NCBI RefSeq assembly: GCF_025526975.1
Contig: NW_026515683.1
Location: 124,001 to 188,000 of the forward strand
Length of the DNA stretch: 64,000 nucleotides
Direction of reading: 5' to 3'
DNA from: Fimicolochytrium jonesii
Lineage: Eukaryota
Shown piece by piece: positions 1-12,361 of this stretch. Each line of letters starts with the position of its first letter. Positions within the stretch are counted from its first letter, which is position 1. The notes beneath the pieces were generated by a model that was not told where the DNA came from, did no database searches, and saw only the letters and a program-made list of their open reading frames with translations. Made by a program: the position numbers and the translations under genes.

Positions 1-731
1 CTCCACGGTCCGGACTTCTGGAAACACCACCGCGCAATCCAACCCGGCCTCGAAGAGTTCATCGAAGCCGTCTCGTTCCTCTGGTTTCTCGAGAAGGGGA
101 GACTCGTCACAAAGGAAGAGGTGCAGGAGTGCGTTGGGATTGGGCAGGGCGATGCGAATGTGGAAGGTGGTGCAGCGACGGAGACGATCGGTGACAAGGA
201 GAAGAGGGTTCTGGTCACAAATGAAGACTATGTGATGGGTTTGGGGGATCTGACGGGCGAGTTGATGCGGCATTGCATCAATTTGATCACGAGAGGCGAC
301 CATGTGGGTGCTCAGACAATTTGCACGTTTATGAGGAACTTTGCGGCCGGTGAGAATCTTAGGGGACATCGACTTGGGGCGTGAAATGCGACACTTACGA
401 CCCGTGTTCAAATCTGACTGCCCTTCATGCTCCTTCCATCACATTCTCATGCTCCTTGTTTCGCCGCTCACCAGAGTACGAGGCGATCTCAGCCGACTTC
501 TCACCAGCCCGCAAAAAGGTCCCTGCCATGGTTGCCAGTCTCCGCAAAGTGGAAAATGGTATGTCTTTTCGAAACTCATGCTACACATAAATCCATCGGC
601 CACTCAACATGACCGCGTCCCACCCAACTACAGCATGCTACACAGTGAAAGTCCGCGGGGCGGAATACCCACCCGATCGTCTGGCCGAGTTTCTCATGTC
701 TCTCGACCACTCCGGCGCTCGTGACGAGTGA
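1..731 (+). CDS. TSNAX: Translin-associated factor X (TRAX, C3PO nuclease subunit), 5'-truncated by the window edge; exons <1-349, 475-558, 634-731
   Basis: Spliced translation gives GLEEFIEA...DYVMGLGDLTGELMR...LRKVENACYTVKVRGAE, the TRAX-type motifs with catalytic acidic residues. Both introns are GT-AG and keep the frame. Confidence 0.9.
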
Positions 732-1272
732 TCAGTGATGAATCACATTGTGGCATGCTGTACGGTACATATCAGCAACGCAACCAATAATTTGCGCAGA
801 TATCAACCCCCTACCTCCACTATCTGGCGGAGATGAGCTCACGGAGGTGCGAAATTCATCTGCAACTGTCTACTAAACGTAAAACGGCGCATCTTTTCAT
901 TTTGGGCATCTTTTTTTGGGAAAAGCCTTTAGCATAGCAAACACGGCGTCTAGTCGTCCCTAGGCAGTATTATGTACACCGCCGAAGCCATCGTTGTCGA
1001 GCCTGGCGCCTTTCCGAACGTTTGTGTACATAGCTTGCATAGGGGGAATCATATGAAGATAGTGTTTTCACCTGAGGCGAGAAAACTGGTCTTGGGGGGC
1101 GCAAAGCCAAGAGGGGAGAGTGAACACGTCAACGACTCCACGGCCGCCATGACTTCACGCGTTGGCGAGCGGCTCAAGAACTGCACTCGCCTTACAAAAC
1201 AAACGACCAAGGCTATTGCATTCTGTTCCCACGACTAATACCCTACACCCGAAACTATTTTAGAGGTCCATA

Positions 1273-2030
1273 ATGTCCTCAGGGTAAAGTTTCGCCGCGC
1301 CAGGGACAATGCAACCAGATCTCCAGTTATGCAACAATATCACTCACTTTCCCATCCTTCCTTTAGCTGGTCAAACAACACCAACAACGGCTGGGGAAGC
1401 AGCAGTCGCGGACACGAAGAGTTCAACGAGCGGCTGCTGGAGCGGCAGAATGATGATGCGTTGCACTCGCTGCATGGGAAGATCTCGGCTTTGAAGAATG
1501 TAATGTCGGGAATTCTATGCGGGGCTGGTTTTTGGAGAATGGGGAGAGGTTGACTGCTGGACGTTGGGCGGCGGCGATAGAGAAGCGCTTGGCCGCTTTC
1601 CACCATTCACCGCAAAGGCTATGGTCTGATATGGGCATGGAGTGTTGACACCAATGATCATCTGCAGGTTACGATAGATATGCATGATGATGTGAATACG
1701 CAGAACGAGTGAGTAGAGGTTGTTGGGCGTTGGACCAACATCTTCACTTGAAACTGACATCAGTTTGTATTTCAGATTGTTGAGCAAGATGGTAGGCTGC
1801 CAAGAACCCGCTGGCATCCAAACAGTGCATATTGACCTCATCGTATCGACGTACATCTCTTACATCTCACATAGGGCATGAACTTCGATAATGCGAAAGA
1901 CCAGCTCAGCGGCAGCATGCGCCGGCTCAAACTGATGATCAACACCAAGCACGGGAAAAACACATGGACGATCGTCGGCGTCATCCTTGTGTTGTGCTTT
2001 CTTGTGTGGTTATGGTCTAAACGATCATGA
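1273..2030 (+). CDS. BET1: Qc-SNARE of the BET1/SFT1 family; 5 exons including a 16-nt exon at 1776-1791
   Basis: Spliced product: LLERQNDDALHSLHGKISALKN-VTIDMHDDVNTQN-RLLSKM-GMNFDNAKDQLSGSMRRL, then a C-terminal TM helix TWTIVGVILVLCFLVWLW. Confidence 0.85.
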
Positions 2031-3580
2031 AAAGAAAGGGACTCGAACATTGGGAACGTTGCCTTGCGTTGGGATAGGTGTCATGAACGGAGAGGGTCAG
2101 TCGCCCCGCCCCTTTTTTGGAGTACGATTCTCCGAACCTGTCGTATTGTCGTCTCGGTCCGCTGTTCTACGTTGACCTCGAAGACTCGTTATGGTCTGCA
2201 TACTTTACATCGGCTTCGCTCGCAACCACCCAACTCCAGCATCCCAAGGTCATCGTCCCCGCAATCGACACGATACCCACCACCATGCCCTTCGCCACGC
2301 TCGGCATATTGGCCAGTGGGGTGCCACCTGCTAACGACACTTTCCCGGGTTCCTCTCCGAGTAAGGAGGGATGTGACGTTTATAGAAGTCGCACAAAGTT
2401 GAGGAAATCCTCCCTCCCGCGACTACACATGAAAGGGCCTCCATAGCGACTTCGGGTCAGGCGGACTGTGGATTGGCGGAAGGGGACAAGGCCGGTTGTG
2501 GGGCTCGATTTCTCGTCGCATTGTGGCGACAGACTAATATGGGATGGGAAGCAGGGAGGGTGTCGTTGGGGGACATTCAGCGGCGGATGATTCCAGCACA
2601 TGAAGTTGGAGCCGAACTACCCTGAAGACCGCCGTTTATTTTGCACAAACCCCTCTTGTAATGTAGACCATCTGCTGTGCGAATTGATCTGTCGTTCCTG
2701 TCGACGGTTCCAATCCTCCGTAAATCCATCTGTGCGCCGTATCATTAAGCGATAAGCGATGGTCCAAGCCGATGTAGTTTGGATTTTGGATAAGCGCACG
2801 TAGACGTCAGGGATCACTGTTTTTGTCTCCACACGCTCACATTATCCATACACGAACAAAGCGGTTCGCTCAATGGCCGCGGAAGGATCCCTGGTGGCTG
2901 CAAGAGACCATATCCCCGCATAATCTGCACGTCCTTGAGCAAGATGCCAAAAGCCACATAAATGATGAAACAACGCCCGAGACAAGGCTGTCGTCCATAG
3001 TCATTGAAAAAAACCGCACGGAAAACCGGTAAAGGCGGACCGAGGCCGCATCATAAGAAAAACCAAAAAAACGAAATAGCGAAGACGAGAGAAGATAAAG
3101 AAATCGAACAAAACGTCGTGTGCGATCGTTCTCATTCGATAGAAGCGAAGAATAAAGCACACGGCGGACGTGCAGACGACGAAATATGGTAGGTTCACGC
3201 ACGAGGCCGCATCAACAAATGCAAGGACCAGAAATACAAGACAACAACGACGACGACAACTCAACAACCAAAAGACAACAGAGGAGCGCAAAAGTGACTT
3301 GACAAGAGAGAACAACGAAGCCGACACGACCCAACCATCAAGTAAGTGCAGATGGATAGGGCCGGTCGTTTCCAATTTCTATTCAGGTAACTTTTTCAGA
3401 AAAAAGTAATGAAAGCGCAGAAACAAATGCAGAAGGCAGGCCGACACGAGACTAAGGATGAGTTTTCTAACTTGACTACAGTGGTATATGCCCCGTAGGG
3501 AGTGCCGAGGTTGTTTGTTATCATGGTATTGACGGATATCTCGGAAGGGAGTGACGATGATGGTGATGGAGTTGTGAAGC

Positions 3581-5254
3581 TTAAGGGGCAGCCGGTGCCA
3601 CCCGTGGGGTCGCTGAACGGTACCCACCGGTACGCCCGTTGGTCCCCCGAGGTCGGTAATTGGGCTTGAAATTGGAGGGGTGTCCTTGGTACCCGCTGGG
3701 TCCGTACCAGCCCGGGTACATGTATCTTGTGTAGGGATCTACGGAGTTGGGCACGACTGGTCTGTCCCCCGGCAGGACCCAGTTGTGGCGTGCCTTCTTC
3801 TCCGCGGCTTGCTTGCGGTTTTGAAGATCTTGTTGTTCGTCCTTCGCTTTCCGAACGGATGCGAGTGACGTGGCGACTTGTTGCTGGGACTCGACGACCA
3901 ATGCCTGCGCATGGTCGTGTTCGGCCTGTGCCTTCAGGAGTAAGGCGAGGGCCTCTTCAACCTTCCTCTTTGTCTGTTGGGCACGCTCGACGTCGGCGGC
4001 CAACCTACCGATGCTCTCCAGAGCAACCATTCCGGTCTCCTGCACAGAGGGGACCACCGGTGCTATCTCCGTTAAAAGGATGGGATTTGCCGTGATGATG
4101 GGCTGCGGCATCTCCTTCGAGGTGATCGAATACGAGACTTGGACTCCCGTGGCGCGGTCGGGCGGGTTTCCGGAACGTCGTGCGGCCGGAACAGCTGGGC
4201 AGGCCTTCGATGATCCCGCTCGAGTCGGCACGACCGACGAGCTCTGCTGGGCTGATTTTAAAATTGCCCGCGGTGCCGGCGGGGCTTGGCAAGGTGGTGC
4301 TGCTATTGGGCTTGGCTTAGGAACCGCAGTAGACGGCGCAACGGGTCGCGAGGTCGGAACCAGGATGGCTGAGACAACGGGGGCGACGGGAACCGCGGCG
4401 CTGACCAGCTTAGCGGCCTTTTCGGCCGCAACCTCCGCATGGCGACGCGCCAAATCTTCAGCGGAGATCTTCGCTATCTCTTCGGCCCGCTTGTCTACGA
4501 ATCGTAGCATTTTTTCTCGAATCTGCTTGATTCGGGCATCCTGAAAGCTGGGAGGGCCGGGAGAAGGGCGGCTGATAGCCGCTCCAGTCTGCGACTTGCC
4601 CCCCGACCCACCGCGAAGACTTTGTACTTGTTGGGGTGGGACAAAGGCCGAACGCCAAGCTTCCAGATCTTTATCAATAGGAGTGGTCTTTGCAAAAGCG
4701 TTGTTCCGGGCAGGCGGCGCGCTGGCGACCTTGCGGTCCTCCAGACGGAGACCATTGACCCCGGGCTCAAACACCGGCACGACGGCGAAGTCCATGGGCG
4801 TGTCGTCCAGAAAGTCCGGCGACTGTCTGATCGACGCGGCGGGCTCCGTCACCGATTCCTTGGCTGCGTCTTTGACAGGGGAGGCGGCGCGCACAACGGG
4901 GCGGTTTTCATGGTCTTCCGCCTCGCTGGCGACGACCGGCGCGGGATCGGCCGAGGGAGCAGGAGAGGGGGCGTCCTTGGGCGTGGTGGCCCGCAAAGAA
5001 GAAAACTTTTTCCTTGTGCCACCAAGCTTGACGGCGCTCGGAGCTCCTTGCACATCTGTTGAGAAAAGGGAACAAGAAAGATGTGTGAGTTGATGCTAAA
5101 GTCAGACAAGGAGCGATAGCGCGATGGGTAGCGGGTAAGACGAGGATTGGATGATTGACTGCTTACCTTTGCTCGCACAGAATTTGCTAGGCTGCTTGGC
5201 AGCGGGCTTCTCGGCCCTAAAATCGTTGTTCAAATTTTTCAAATAACGACGCAT
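3581..5254 (-). CDS. Orphan repeat-family protein (~520 aa, Pro/Ala-rich with two helical/coiled-coil blocks); exons 5254-5167 and 5055-3581
   Basis: The 490-aa ORF joins in frame to an upstream exon MRRYLKNLNNDFRAEKPAAKQPSKFCASK via a 111-nt GTAAGC...TCAACAG intron (5166-5056). A TATA-like element (TATAAAG, minus strand) lies near 5500. Homologous pieces occur at 54-64 kb. Confidence 0.7.
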
Positions 5255-5270
5255 TTTGGTGATATTTGTC

Positions 5271-5405
5271 GTGGAAGTAGGCGAGTGTCGTGAGGTGGAA
5301 GTAGGCGAGTGTCGTGAGGTGGAAGTAGGCGAGTGTCGTGAGGTGGAAGCAGGCGAGTGTCGTGAGGTGGAAGTAGGCGAGTGTCGTGAGGTGGAAGTAG
5401 ACGAG
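5271..5405. repeat. Tandem minisatellite, 24-bp unit GTGGAAGTAGGCGAGTGTCGTGAG, 5 full copies plus a partial
   Basis: Read directly; one T>C variant in copy 4; no spacers. Confidence 0.97.
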
Positions 5406-8241
5406 GTCGAAGTGCTGCAATAGCTATACTCTCGATATGCGGGAATATCAAGAATAGAGAGAAAAACAACCCCGGGGGATGCCGGTCGGGAGTGCTCTTT
5501 ATACTCCTAGAGGGGGCCGAGGGCGCTATGCCGTCGCGAGAGAGGAAATTTGGAAAACGCCTCCCTTTCGAGGTGCGCCCCTTCACTGCACCAACAAAGA
5601 TTGCGCAATCGCCCAGTTTTTTTCCTCTCGTTGCTATGCTGTACAGCCGTACGTCACTCGATGAATACGATGTTGGGGCTGATTTGGCCAAATCGTTGTG
5701 CAGTACCCCGGAGAATTGCTGGTTTGCTCAGCCCATGCACCTCCAGGATAGGTAGAGAGACGGTGCGCAAGAACTGGATCGGGTCCGTGAACGAGCGCCT
5801 CGCTGAACAGGCAGTAGTTGCGTGATGCCAAGACCTCTTTTTTCTCGATGACACCGAGAGGATTCGAAATTGCCGTAGACACCCGTAGTATTGTTCGGAT
5901 GAGCCCTGACTCGGGATCCTCTGTCGTGAGCCTCTCTTCTGGAACGTTTCCTGTTATCGCTGGCCCGCCAGCGCCCGCTGTCGAAGTCGTGCTTTTTAGA
6001 ACGCGCTTGTCTTACAATAAGAGCGTTCGCCGTCAGACGTCAGTCGAGAGCGCTCGAATTGGAATAATCGGGGGGTGTTCTGTGTCGTGTGCGTAGAAGT
6101 TATGCGTAATGCCACCGCCTTTGTTCTCGAAGCTTTGGCCCTGTCAATGGTGTCTAATACGCCGTTTCCAAGATGCGTCCCTCTGGGCTCGTGAATGCTT
6201 TTCCGTCAACCCCTAGTTTCCAACACGATAACGCCCCCCTTTTTCCCCTCCAAAAACACAGCTGTTAGTGAATTTGGGTTCCTGCGCAATAAGGTTGTTG
6301 CGAGCCAGCCAACCAGACGCCGTCGTTTTTATCCCTATGATTTGTCGAGTCGAGAATCTAGAATCCCCTTTTTCGCTTAACGATATCCGATAATTCGAAG
6401 TCGATGATGCAACTTCCTTATCCGTCAATGGACCCAATCCACCGGAAATTCCGCAGCCTTCTTCGTTCGTAATCTCTATAGTTGGGAACTGGCTTCGTCA
6501 GCGACAGGAAGTGCATATGGAGTTGGGTAAAGAGTTCCAACAGTACCAGAGAGTGCCGAATTGAGACTCAGACGGTGGGGTCCCAGTGTTGCCGGGCCGG
6601 TTCTCGTTGTCTGCGAGCACAGTAAGCTATTTTTGATATACGCTGGAGTTGCTGGGAATGGGGGAAAGTATCTGGGACGGCTGGAAACTTGCTCAAGTCA
6701 GCAAGCACCGTACGAGGAATGGGAATCCGACCTTTTGTACTTTGTGCTGTATTGTACTTTTCGTTCGGAACACCAACAAAATATTAGAGTTGAGTTTGCT
6801 CCACCGCTTTTGCACGAGCTTTGGGGTGGGGAAGTCGAACAATACCTGTGTTATTGTCGTCTCAAGCCACCGCAGACCCACGGTTGGACGAATTTAAGCT
6901 CAAACCCAAAGTCACGACGGGAATGTGTACGTTGATTCCGTGCACCGTGAGGGCCGAGTATATGGTCGGCGGGGCGGCAAGAAAAGTGAGGTTGAGCGGG
7001 GCTGTGCAACGTTGACAGAAGACGGCAGATGTGAGCTCCCTGTCAACGGGGTGTAAAAAAGAACGCCGGACCACCAAAGGACGAGAGAGGTCTACGGCGG
7101 AAGGGAGGCCTGGGCGAGACGGGAGGAAGATATGGCCTAGTGTATGGGGGGGCAGCTGCTGGTTCAAGAAGTTGGATTGGATTGTGTTCTAAGTCGATGT
7201 TCCCACGGGCTGCTGAAGCGCCTTGTTTCTGCAGTTTCGTCTGAGTGCATCTGACAGCACATGGCACAAATAGAACGGGGGGCGAGGGGGGAAATCTCCG
7301 ATAGTGGCTTTCCCGTTATGACTGTACATATGACAGCGTGGCGTCCCTCTCTCGCACAGCTCATACAGAGGTCGCAGCAGCAAACTCCAGGGCCCTCCGC
7401 TTTCTAGTATCAGCTGCATGCACCAGGTCTGCGGCGACCGCCCTCGGGATCGTACAGTACTGTAGGGTTTGTTGCGCACGGAGAGCACGCGGGGATGAGC
7501 AAAACAAGAATCCTGATGCTTTTGAAAAGGCCCATTGATATGCGCGACAACTCACACAAGTGCAACGCTTCCTGTTTAAGAATCCAACCGCTGGAATGGT
7601 CCTGTACAGGACAGGCATCCAGGCGTCGAAACGGCAATCCGCCGTGCATGGGGCTTCTCAGCACTTTCTCTCGTACCTCCTCCTAGCAAGCGCACAGTCT
7701 GTAAACTACGTACGTTCAGTATGTACATGTCCAGTATGCATGTGTATGATAGATACAGAATGACACGGGTGATGGATCGATGAAAGCGGAGTCGCGCGCG
7801 TCATGTCGACCTCCAAGTTCCAACTGAGGCTTTCCCATTGTGACCGGCGGGAAGCATCAGCGGCACACGCTGACTGCTACGTGCATGGTCACATACTGCT
7901 GCTACACATACATACCCTCCCTGATACTGTACTCTTTCCTCTGAGATGAGTGGAAAGCAAAATCTCTCCCCCCGGCTGCCTCGCTCAAATAGCACTCGCA
8001 ACCTCCCCCCACCGCTCCTACCTCCCACTCCCTCCACCGCCAATGAAACATCAAACGCTTTGGCGGGAAGTCAAAGTGTTTCAGGTGACACGCAGCAGCA
8101 GCAGCAAAATGAGGTGACCGGGTAGGTACGTGAGGCGGGCTCGCAATGGAGATTAGGTAGTCGCGGTTGCAGTAACGCTCACACGTTTCTTTCAGGCCCT
8201 CATCACCTCTTCGCGGGAGATCAGCATCATCACAGCGGCAG

Positions 8242-10488
8242 TTGGATGACCGATATGGCGACGAGTTCACAAATGCAACACCGTCCGTTCCCGAAATCTC
8301 CGTGACCCGAGCACGGTCCGAGTCGTCGCATTCCATGGCGCTCTCGAAAGATCGCCGACAGACGAGCAAAACGCGTGGGATGGATCCACTGGCAGCTCAC
8401 CTGGATGGCAGTAGCGGTGGCGGCGGTAGCGGATCCTCGCCATTCGCAACACCCGATCCGTCGTCAGAGGATGAGGCTGATGCTGGGGATTCTGGGGCTG
8501 GGAAACATGCAAGGAAGAGCATGCATACGGCACATAGCACTGGAGTCGACCGGACGTTGGCGCCTGGGAAAACAAAGAGCAAGAAGTCATTCTTTCAAAG
8601 GTTCAAGAAAGATAAGAAGGCAGATGGCGGACAGTTGGATAGCGCGCTGTCGTTGATGGATTTCGATTTCATGTCGCTGGATGATCTCGAGTCGGAGAAG
8701 AACAAACATGCCAGACAGCCTGTGAAAGTGAAGGCGAATAGGAAGCCGAAGAAGGAGTTTGAGCAGCTCACGCGGGTGGAGGTGTTGGGAGGCGATACCA
8801 TGACACTCATGGACGACGATGCATCGGGAAACCGCGCCATCTTTTCAGCGGTAGATGTAGATGCAGAGATCAAAGGGCCAGTCTGGGCATTACGCTTCAG
8901 CGATTGCGGCAAATACCTCGCCGCAGCTGGCGAAGACGGTCTCCTGCGTGTTTGGATCCTAACCGCAGCAAGATCTTCTCGCCATCACGCCCCAGCCACA
9001 GCCTCCACCGCCGGAACAGGCGCCGACCTCGACTCCTCTCTCGACGAAGACACACACAACTCCAGTCTTCGAACCACATTCACCCACTCCGCAACTCTTA
9101 ACCCAACGCCCACCGCCCCACGTCGCATCTTCGAAGAACGGCCTCGCCGCGTCTACAAAGGTCACACGGCCGCCATCCTCGACATCGCATGGTCGCGCAA
9201 CGGGTTCCTCGCCACTGCCTCCATGGACAAGACCGTGCGCATATGGCATATCGACCGAGAGGAATGTCTGTGCTGCCTCATGCACGATGGGTGCGTCACT
9301 AGCGTCCGGTTCCATCCCACTGATGACCGGTACGTGTTATCCGGATCGCTGGATACGCGGATCAGGATCTGGTCGTTGGAGGAGAAACGTGTCATGGCAT
9401 GGAACGAGACGCCGAATAGGACGTTTATAACTGCTGTGTCGTTCACGCGAGATGGCACACTTTGTGCGGCTGGCACATCCACGGGGGACTGTATCTTCTA
9501 CGAAACGGATGGATTGAAATACAACACCCAGATCGAAGTCAAGTCCTCAAAGGACAGAAATTCGAAAAAGAAGATCACGGGAATCGAACCTTGCCCGCAC
9601 CCCTGGGGCGGCGAAGAGGGGCTCCTTGTAACATCCAACGACTCCCGCATCCGGCTCTACCACGTCCGCGACAAGAGTCTTCGGCGGAAATACAAAGGCT
9701 TCGAATGCCGCGCGTCGCAGATCAAGGCTGCCTTCTCAGACGATGGCCGGTTCATCATCGCCGGGTCAGAGGACCGGAACGTATACTTGTGGAACCTCCT
9801 CCCCCCCGCGGCGTGGCCCTACCTCCCAACCGGTCAAACAAACAGTCATTCACAACACAGTAACAGCAGCAACACACCGACCACAAGCACGACAACAGCA
9901 CCCACGCCAACAGACCCACCCCACCCCTCAGGCCGTCTCGCAGGCCTCATGCACTGGCAAACAGATATCGGCCGCTCGGCATCCTGGGAACGGTTCCCTG
10001 CGGGTACCGAGGCCGTCACGTGCGCTATGTTTGCACCGAAGGCTACACGGGACATCGTCTACGGTGTGGTTGATACACTCTCACCTGCATCATCCCATCC
10101 GGATACGACACCCACACCATCTTCGCCCCCACCGCAACATCAACACCAACACCCCAATGCCCGCGCAGCGGCTATCGCAGATTTCCTCGACTACTCAACC
10201 GAAAACACCGTCATCGCCGCCGCTGACATGAGTGGCCGGATACGGATATTCGAAAACAGACATGATCCTTCTGCGTCCGCGCACACCCGGACACATCACG
10301 GATCGCTGTCAAGACCTCAGTCGACGATCATCCCGCCGGTGATACGCGTGCGGTCGCCCGAGGAGGAGGAGGAGGAAGGGGGGGAGATGGGGTTGTGGGA
10401 TTTGGGGAGTGACGGGACGGATGAGGAGTTTGGACGGTGGGGGCATGGGAGGGAGGGGAGTGGGGCTTCTAGTCGGTCTGAAGGGTGA
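8242..10488 (+). CDS. WD40-repeat protein, WDR44/Rab11BP (yeast DGR2/YMR102C)-like; true start probably in a short upstream exon
   Basis: 748-aa ORF with WD repeats: GPVWALRFSDCGKYLAAAGEDGLLRVW, YKGHTAAILDIAWS..ATASMDKTVRIW, LLVTSNDSRIRLY, SQIKAAFSDDGRFIIAGSED. Acceptor-like TTCTTTCAG ends at 8195. Confidence 0.85.
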   Translation: MDDRYGDEFTNATPSVPEISVTRARSESSHSMALSKDRRQTSKTRGMDPLAAHLDGSSGGGGSGSSPFATPDPSSEDEADAGDSGAGKHARKSMHTAHSTGVDRTLAPGKTKSKKSFFQRFKKDKKADGGQLDSALSLMDFDFMSLDDLESEKNKHARQPVKVKANRKPKKEFEQLTRVEVLGGDTMTLMDDDASGNRAIFSAVDVDAEIKGPVWALRFSDCGKYLAAAGEDGLLRVWILTAARSSRHHAPATASTAGTGADLDSSLDEDTHNSSLRTTFTHSATLNPTPTAPRRIFEERPRRVYKGHTAAILDIAWSRNGFLATASMDKTVRIWHIDREECLCCLMHDGCVTSVRFHPTDDRYVLSGSLDTRIRIWSLEEKRVMAWNETPNRTFITAVSFTRDGTLCAAGTSTGDCIFYETDGLKYNTQIEVKSSKDRNSKKKITGIEPCPHPWGGEEGLLVTSNDSRIRLYHVRDKSLRRKYKGFECRASQIKAAFSDDGRFIIAGSEDRNVYLWNLLPPAAWPYLPTGQTNSHSQHSNSSNTPTTSTTTAPTPTDPPHPSGRLAGLMHWQTDIGRSASWERFPAGTEAVTCAMFAPKATRDIVYGVVDTLSPASSHPDTTPTPSSPPPQHQHQHPNARAAAIADFLDYSTENTVIAAADMSGRIRIFENRHDPSASAHTRTHHGSLSRPQSTIIPPVIRVRSPEEEEEEGGEMGLWDLGSDGTDEEFGRWGHGREGSGASSRSEG

Positions 10489-10737
10489 TTCGAGAGGTGC
10501 CGGGGACGGCATCTCAGAGGAGGGTATGTAACATGATAACTTGATTATTGCACGACCTTGTAATACATAATGCAAGACGAAAGACAGATTTGGAGCGGAA
10601 AATGGTATATATATATCCAAAAGCTGGGAAACGTGTCCCGAACGTGAAGCCGTGCTCTAAGCTAGGGTGCCGATCTATCGGAAGGGCTCAGAAAGCCATA
10701 CACAAAGTCGAGTCAACCGGTCCTCTACCACCACACC

Positions 10738-12361
10738 TCACTGTTCCAAAACATACTCTACATCCGGCACCCTCACCCCCTTCTTCCTCCCCCTCATCTC
10801 CGCAATCATCGCGTTATTGAACCCAACAGCGTTATCAAGGTACAAATGGTGCCCCGCGCCAGCGATGCGCGCGATACGCGTGGGCACCTTCATGTGTTCC
10901 GCGGCGGCAACGGCAAAGCGGTAGTCCATCCAGTCGTGTGACCCGTCTAATCAAATCATAAAGAGTAGTTAGTCCAATCTGGATGAAGGGACAATCAATG
11001 AGATGAACCGAAGAGAGGAGTGGCTGACGTACATAAGAACACGGTAGGCATCTTGAGCTTGGCCAGCCGGTCGTGCAGGGGTATACGTGCGTAAGCGCCG
11101 GGGAGGAGGAGGCGGGAGAGGGCGAATTCGCCGCTGCCGGGTTGCGCGGAGATGTGGAAGATGTAGTCGCGGAAATCTTTTGCGTCTGTTTCGTCTAGGT
11201 AGGAGAACCTGATCGTTGAGGGTTGTTTTAGTACCATAAATCGACCAAGAATGGTGATGGATTCGCGAAGCTACCCACCTCCTGTCGGTGTAACCCTTGA
11301 CGAGACCGGGTCCCCACGGCCCAGCGCTCCGGATGACCGTCATAGGGGTAAGGTTCCACGTCCACATCGCCGTGAACAGCTTCGGCAACAACCCTCTCCT
11401 TGAGCGAATATCCACCTCCGGCCGCTGCCCCACTCCCGCCGGCGAGACCAGTATCAGCTTCTCCACATACTGCGGGTACTTCAGCGCATACGCCGTGGAC
11501 AGGTATCCACCTAACGAATGACCCATGAGCGTCATCTGGTCAATGGAGTTGGCTTTGCGCCATTGCTCGAGGGAGTCGATGAAGAAGGTTTCGGCGTCGG
11601 CAACGATTTGCTCGTCGGTTGCGTTGCGGGGGAGTTTGGGGAAGGGCGGGCGGGAGCTGTTGGCCATCCCGAGCCAGTCGATGGCGTAGATGCGCCAGCC
11701 GGGGACTTGGCTTAGACCTGCGAAGTTCTGCGAAACGGGGAGAAATCAGTATATACACACGGCGTTGAATCTGCCAAGCGTCTAGTGGACTCACCCTGTA
11801 GAAGAACCCCAACCCCGCACCATACCCATGCGCCATAACCAACACCTTCTTCTTCGGCCCCGTCCGTCCTACCTCCTCAACGGGCGCAACATCCTGCTCC
11901 AGATGCACCATCTCCTCATTCCCAGACCCATGGCTCATCTCCCTCCGCAGAATACCAGGCCGAGAGGTTTCCTTCAACGACTCATCCGTCCGATCAATCA
12001 CAAACGTGTTGATCATCTGCCCCGGCTGGTCTAGCGCTACTAACCCGACCCGAGCGATGACACGCTCGTGGTGATTTGGCGATGATGAGGCGGGAGAGTG
12101 ATGCTCTGCTGATGCGACGTCCGGGAACGACCCTGTATCGCCTGCATTCTTTACTGAATGCGATTCCGCTGACGCTGCAGTTGCTTCTGCAGGTGACGCC
12201 GCGCCGGCCCCCGGCACCGTCGGCTTAAAGTACTGGAACCGCGACAACAGCCTGTTCTCCGCGGCCTGCGCTAGCGTCACTGAGGTCGGGGTCCATGTGA
12301 ACAGCGACCAGTTGCGCGAGGTCTCCGCAGCGGCCGGTTGGACGAACGGGACGTCTGCCAT
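10738..12361 (-). CDS. Alpha/beta hydrolase, CLD1/ICT1/ABHD4-5 family (lipid deacylase/acyltransferase), multi-exon
   Basis: HGYGAGLGFFY, IDWLGMANSSRP, nucleophile GHSLGGY, LILVSPAG, and C-terminal GHHLYLDN (HX4D). The start could lie further upstream. Confidence 0.88.

Noticed and set aside
5271..5405. CRISPR-like array
   Set aside because: Units are contiguous with no unique spacers, there are no cas genes, and the context is eukaryotic.
7440..7760. Short palindromes (TACAGTACTGTA, TACGTA, TGTACA, ATGCAT)
   Set aside because: Too short to support a structure or function.
2031..7800. Terminal inverted repeats, LTRs or target-site duplication bounding the island
   Set aside because: None visible by eye, so it is not called a mobile element.
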